A stretch of DNA of 63,923 bases, counting the filler, from Octopus bimaculoides (Eukaryota), in NCBI RefSeq assembly GCF_001194135.2. It is 5 parts of 5 records of this genome, joined end to end, with 100 filler letters (N's around TTAATTAATTAA, not from the genome) between each part and the next. Parts side by side here need not be neighbours in the genome. Positions count along the whole stretch, not along the records: positions 50,324 to 62,816 come from NC_068996.1; positions 62,917 to 63,923 come from NC_068986.1; 3 more parts are not named here. One strand, written 5' to 3'. Of this stretch, positions 58,223 to 63,923 are shown one piece after another (the stretch's first letter is position 1; each line of letters begins with the position of its first letter). Below the pieces are notes generated by a model that made no database searches, was not told the origin of the DNA, and was given only the letters and a program-made list of their open reading frames with translations. Position numbers and translations under genes: made by a program.

Positions 58223-58397
58223 TTTGCCAAAATAACATGGCAGTCCTGGTTTAGGACGAATGTTGCTGTAATTTAGCCTTTGTTCAAAAATATAAGGACA
58301 CAGATCGTGTCGTATAGCCAGCTGGAGACGATGTCTCCTGGGGCTAAATTACAGCAACATTCGTCCTAAACCAGGGCTGCCATGTTATGTTGGTAAA
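58223..58397. repeat. 56-bp inverted repeat with 63-nt spacer
   Basis: Arms 58223-58278 and 58342-58397: 53 Watson-Crick pairs, 2 G-T, 1 mismatch. Confidence 0.92.
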
Positions 58398-58859
58398 ATT
58401 GTGTGTTGAAACAAATATTGTTATATTTCGGGAAGGTCATTTTTTCTTACCAAATAAACACACGCACTATATATATTCGTTTTTCACTTGTTTATTATTG
58501 TTCTTATATTATGTTCATTGTTTGAAAATCTTTCGTCACACAGCTGTAGCCTCTTCAACGACTCTTCATTCCACGTATCTCCTGTTCAGGTGTGTGAAAA
58601 ACCTCCAGACAACAAGTGAAGAAAGTATATATAGTGCATGTGCTTATTTGGTAAGAAAAAAATATGACTATCCTGAAATATCACTAATAAAACTGTTTGA
58701 CACTAATAAAGATTCCTCGGAAGAATGCAATGTTGCTATTACTTAATGTGCATACATGTTGTGTTGGCTGCAGTATACGTTGTTACTGATAGATTATTTT
58801 TCGATAACTGAAGTCGCGCAATCGTATTAATTTAGTTTGTTGAATGATTGTACAGTTCC

Positions 58860-59032
58860 TCAGTCGATAAAAACAACGTGACTATTTTGGCTGCTACTTT
58901 AGTTTATTTATCTCCGAAAGGATGAAAAGCTAAGGTGACTTCGGTAGGGTTTGAACTCAGAACTGTTTGAACAACGACTGCAAATAAATACAGAAATGCA
59001 CTTTTCTGGCGATCTGAAGATTCTGCTAGTTC
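58860..59032 (-). mobile_element. SINE group 3-related, diverged
   Basis: ccgaaaggatgaaaagctaaggtgacttcggtagggtttgaactcagaac...gattctgctagttc. Confidence 0.65.
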
Positions 59033-59054
59033 GACACACGTTCTATACAAAATA

Positions 59055-59057
59055 TAA

Positions 59058-59089
<32 letters not shown>

Positions 59090-59091
59090 CA

Positions 59092-59154
<63 letters not shown>

Positions 59155-59530
59155 GCAGTGAAGAAGAAAGGAAGAAAGGTTGTGAAGAAGAAAGGAAGAA
59201 AGGTAGTGAAGAAGAAAGGAAGAAAGGTAGTGAAGAGAAACGAATAGAAATGGAAAGAAGGAAAGAAAGAAGGAAGGAAGGAAGGAAGAGAGTGAGGCAA
59301 AAAGAAAGAAAGGACGAAAGAAAGGAAGGGGAAGGGATGGAGAGACAAATAAAGAGATTGAAAACGAGAGAGAGAGAGAGAGTGAGAGAGAGAGAGAGAG
59401 AGAGAATGGGAGGAAGGAAAGAAATAAGGAAGGAAGGACCGGATGATTGGGGAAAAGAAAAATGGAGAAATAAGGAAAAATGAGGAAAAGAAAAAAATCT
59501 CTCGCGAATTAAGAAGAGAACAAAGGAAAG
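59055..59530. repeat. Polypurine tract: (AAAG)n, 24-bp repeat x3.5, (AAGG)n, (AG)n
   Basis: Direct reading; unit aagg(c/t)(a/t)gtgaagaagaaaggaaga at about 59152-59237. Confidence 0.9.
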
Positions 59531-59689
59531 CGTATGGGTGAAAATAAAAGGTAAGAATAGTTGAGGAAATGTGCTGACAGTTGAATCGGCAAAGAACGAA
59601 GACATGCGTTGATTGAAGAGATGGAACAACAAGTCTGAACAAACCTGTGACTACTTGTTGATATTAATATCACTGTTGTAGGTGATGCC

Positions 59690-61530
59690 GTAGCTTTTAT
59701 TGATGTTGTTGCTGTTCATGATGTTGATTATGATGATGATGACGACAATGGTGATGATGACAGATGGCAGTGGTGTTGGGCGCAGTGAAATTATGGCCAT
59801 GTGTCATGTGAATGTGGTTGTGGTCGCTCGTAGTATCGCTGGTAGTGGTGTGTCGCTGATGTAGTATTTGAAGGTGATCTCGGGGCTTGTGTTGTTTGTA
59901 TTGTGGTGTCGATAATTGGGGATTTTGTTGGTCACGTTGTCTGTGCTATTCTTAGTGGTTGTAGGTCATTGAGACGATAGTGGTTGTTGATGTTGTTTCT
60001 CGTCGATTGTGCTGGTTGTGGTTGTGGTGATGGTTGTGATAAGGTTCGTGTTGGTAGTGGTTTGGTGTAGTGCTTTTATTTTGTGATGTGGTATGTGCTG
60101 TTGCAGTATCGCACTTTAGCTAAGGTGTGTTGGAGATGTGTTTTGTTACGATGATGATGGGACGTGTTGTAGTATTGTTGTGTTATGTTATGGTGTATTG
60201 ATGGTGTGTTGTTTTAGTAAGGTTTGGTGATAGTAGTGAAAATGATCCATAATGACGTTTCGAAAAGTACCAGTGGTTATGTTAGTACCATTGATAATTT
60301 TTTCCTTTTTTCGTCTACTGCTTTTCGAGAGAGTACATGGAGGTATTTCGTTATCTGTTTGTGTTAGTATTGTTGTCGATGTAGGTATATTCTCGTTATT
60401 ACATACTAAATTGTTTTTTATGGGTGGCGTGTTGGCATTAGTAATACTGATGCTAGCTGACAGAGCATAGTAATAAAAATGTATAAGCATAAATCAGATA
60501 ATATATAAATTCTTAATTTATTGAAATTATCGCCCTTCCTGAGAGAGTATACCAATTGATCGGTGACAATCAGTGCATACGCCAAATCAGAAACGAAAGA
60601 TATCTCATGAACCAAGAATTTTTCTAAAAGTTATGTGTTAAGAGATTTATGGGACTCAGGTTTCAGCTGCCATAGGTGTCATCAGCATAGCAATGTGCCT
60701 ACATTATTTTCATATATTACTTTGCTTCCCGACTAATGGATAAAAAGACAGTGTGTTGATAGGGATGGTCGTGGCAGTATATTGACTATGGTAATGGTGC
60801 TTGTGGTAATGATACACGTATTTATGTATTGGTGATGGTGACGTTGATAGCGATGGTCACGTTAATGTTTTAGTGGTAATAGTGGTGGTGCTTGTTAGTG
60901 ATAGTTGTAGCAGAGAATTGGTGTTTTTACTGGTTTAGTGGTTATTTGAAATCCGTTGGTAATGTTTGTGTTGAGGGTATTGATGATGTTAGCTAATATC
61001 TTGGCTGCTGTACGAATGAAATTGATGTTGGTAATTTATTCTATGATGGTTTGGGTAGTAAATGGTTTGTGATTTCGGTTATGAAATTTTGATAATAACG
61101 ATGCCTTTATTTAACCCTTGTTCAGTCACGGGCGAACAAAACAGCCGTGACCAATGCATCACTTCAAACGGATTTTATCTGGGATAACATTATCCAATCA
61201 TTTCTTCTATTTTTAACACTACAAGGTGTGAATTCGACTGTTATTTTAGACAAATCTGCAGCAGTTGGCTCTGCAGTAATGATGTTAGTTGTCATGCTGA
61301 TGGCAATAAAGATAATGATGTTTTGGGAATTGATTAATTTCGCTCAGAGAGTGGTTCATTTGTGATGTCAGTTGTGATGATGACACTGCTGTCAGCATTC
61401 TTATTGTTGATGCTGGTGATGGAAGGAGTGTGCTTGTGGTTACGGTGTATTTATAGTGTTGTTGTGTCGTTGTGTTAGTAGTGATAATTATAATAGCGGT
61501 TGTCATAGAAGTCGTGGTAAGGTATGGTCG
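59690..61530. repeat. Degenerate G/T-rich trinucleotide low-complexity region with unique islands
   Basis: gtggtg, gttgtt and gatgat motifs dominate about 59690-60240 and 60760-61080. Confidence 0.6.
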
Positions 61531-61802
61531 TAGTAAGGAAGTTACATTTTGCGCACGATGACGTTGGTTAAAGAAGTCATGCTTTTGATAAGCTAAGTAC
61601 TAAACAAAATGAATGCAGACATGAAAGACAAAACGAAAATGAAAATAAAATAACAAAATCAACGCCATCTGTTGAGCGTTAATCGAAATATCAGTGTAGT
61701 GGCGTCGATTCTATTGTTTGAATAGAATGACGAAGGTCAGATCACTGTGGAAACAGTGAGGCCATTGTTATGATTAGATGAAACACTGAGTAATTGTAGC
61801 AA

Positions 61803-61862
<60 letters not shown>

Positions 61863-61874
61863 TAATTAATTATC

Positions 61875-61924
<50 letters not shown>

Positions 61925-61995
61925 CTGTAGCAGCAGCAGTAGCAACAGTAGCAGCAGCAGTGGCTGTAGCAGCAATAACAGCAGCAGCAGCAGTA
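61803..61995. repeat. (TTA)n-(GTA)n-(GCA)n compound microsatellite
   Basis: Direct reading. Confidence 0.95.
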
Positions 61996-62627
61996 GCAAG
62001 CTTTTTTTTTATTGCTTTTGATATATTGTTGCTTATATACTTTTTAATGCGGTCGACATTTTCTTTTATGTTTCTGAATGTTTTGTTGCTGACGTCGACG
62101 TCTTTGCCGTTTCTGGTATTTTATTGTTCTTATATTTTCAGCTATACTGTTAAAGATGTTGTTGACGTTAATATTATTTTCATGTATTGACGGATTCGGC
62201 CGTCCTTTGGAGTCCATTGTGAAGATCGTCACGCTGCTTTACGTCGGCGGGGAAGAGCAGATAGTGTTTATATCTCAGTTGCCCTTAGCGAAAAATGGTT
62301 GTGTGGTGGAGCAAATTGAAAAATCTGAAGACAGACGCTTTCTTCTTTGGCCAGACCCTCATCAACCTATTCAGGTTTCACTTGGGAAGGAAATTGAGGG
62401 TAGAGAGGGATGTTTTGCTTTCCAACAGTTTTGTTGAAAGGTGGAAGATTGTTCCAGTAGAGAGATCTATGCTAAACATACACCTGTGGAGTTTCCATGA
62501 GCAGACCTTGGCAACAAGCAATTTTGAGAATTTGTGTATGAGGGGTTTTATTTTACTTTTGTTATTTTTTCACGCGCTCCTTAAAGTAATCCTGATTAAT
62601 TCACGTGAGCAATGTTATAACTAATAC

Positions 62628-62658
<31 letters not shown>

Positions 62659-62816
62659 TGTATGTATGTATGTATATATATATGCATGTATGTATGTATA
62701 TAATATCTTACACACAATATGCATTTGAAAAAAAAGAATACTAATGCATTTTCAGATAATATTAGATAGCTGAAAAGAACGAATAGCATGGTACAACAAA
62801 ACCGTAATGATAATAC

Positions 62817-62916
62817 NNNNNNNNNNNNNNNNNNNNNNNNNNNNNNNNNNNNNNNNNNNNTTAATTAATTAANNNNNNNNNNNNNNNNNNNNNNNNNNNN
62901 NNNNNNNNNNNNNNNN
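62817..62916. other. Artificial scaffold-join spacer
   Basis: N44-TTAATTAATTAA-N44. Confidence 0.9.
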
Positions 62917-63116
62917 ATATGTACACATATATAGCCATATAGCAATCAATTACGTATGTATGTGTGTATTATGCATGTATATATAGCCAGATGGTAATCA
63001 TTTACATATGTTTGTATTATGTGTGTATGTATGTATATATGCATGTATAAATATATATATATATATATACATACATACATACATGATACATAAATATGTA
63101 AATGATTACCATCTAG

Positions 63117-63158
<42 letters not shown>

Positions 63159-63923
63159 ACCACCATGTCTGTGCGTGCGTGGATGTATATAAATTTGATA
63201 TACTTTCATGCATCTATTTTTACATGCATACATCCATGGATGCCTACACACATATTTTCAGATATGCAATGATGCGTACATACTTATCAAATGTGCATTT
63301 ACATACATATGTTACACACATGCGTTCAGAAATAAATATTCTGTTATTCTGTTGTTACACATTCAGTTGACTTTTCTTTTTTCCCCCCCATGAAATGGGT
63401 ATATAATTTCGCATCATAAATCATATCTGTTTAACTTTATTACAACATTTCATTTCTTTTAGCAATAGCAACAAATGCGCAACGGAACACATTCCATAAA
63501 TCATTGATAGATTTTATTTGCTATATGTGGCAACCCATGAAATATGTTCTGCACTGTTAGATTACATATGGAACCACGTTATTCAGCGACGGAAAGTATA
63601 TTTGAAATAACAGCATAAACTAAAAATAAATTGTTATTATTATAATTGAATTATATTTACGCACATAACGTTCATAGTTGTTCGATTTAATACCATGTCT
63701 TCCTGACGTCGTTTTATTTAAGTAGTAAATATATTTAGGTCTTTAATCATTGTATTGTATTTGTTTCTCGAAAGTTCGACATAAAACATATACAAAATAT
63801 TTTACTGGATGGAATCATGCTTACACTTCCACAAAACTCACAATGTATAAATACATACGACCCATATACATATATCCTCATATATACATATACACATACA
63901 TACATACATACATACATATATAT

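Noticed and set aside
60645-60695. Minus-strand CTGATGA...GAAAC..GTC hammerhead-like core
   Set aside because: Stem II does not pair and stem I needs an extra bulged C; a match of this quality is plausible by chance in a window this size.

Overview
Eukaryotic, AT-rich, microsatellite-saturated genomic DNA with about 8.5 kb of N gaps. The SINE and repeat content points to an octopus genome (inference). Four identical N44-TTAATTAATTAA-N44 spacers show the window is stitched from five pieces. I recognise no host protein-coding gene, rRNA, genuine tRNA or CRISPR array, and most long ORFs in the track are artefacts of N runs or simple repeats. What can be supported is a graveyard of mobile elements: R4/Dong-type LINE fragments with a restriction-like endonuclease (RLE), sitting in (TAA)n or (CATA)n tracts; RTE-type and CR1/Jockey-like RT fragments; two Penelope-like remnants, one with a decayed hammerhead core; a mariner relic; a Tc1 element with both TIRs; and at least three modular tRNA-derived SINE groups. 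The most notable observations are a near-perfect 56-bp inverted repeat enclosing a small structured repeat whose 3' half resembles an HDV-like ribozyme, an RLE LINE that seems to target (CATA)n, a SINE/LINE head-to-head chimera, and an RTE inversion with twin-priming geometry. A few CpG-richer unique islands could be exons or regulatory elements. I cannot claim a new biological system from sequence alone.
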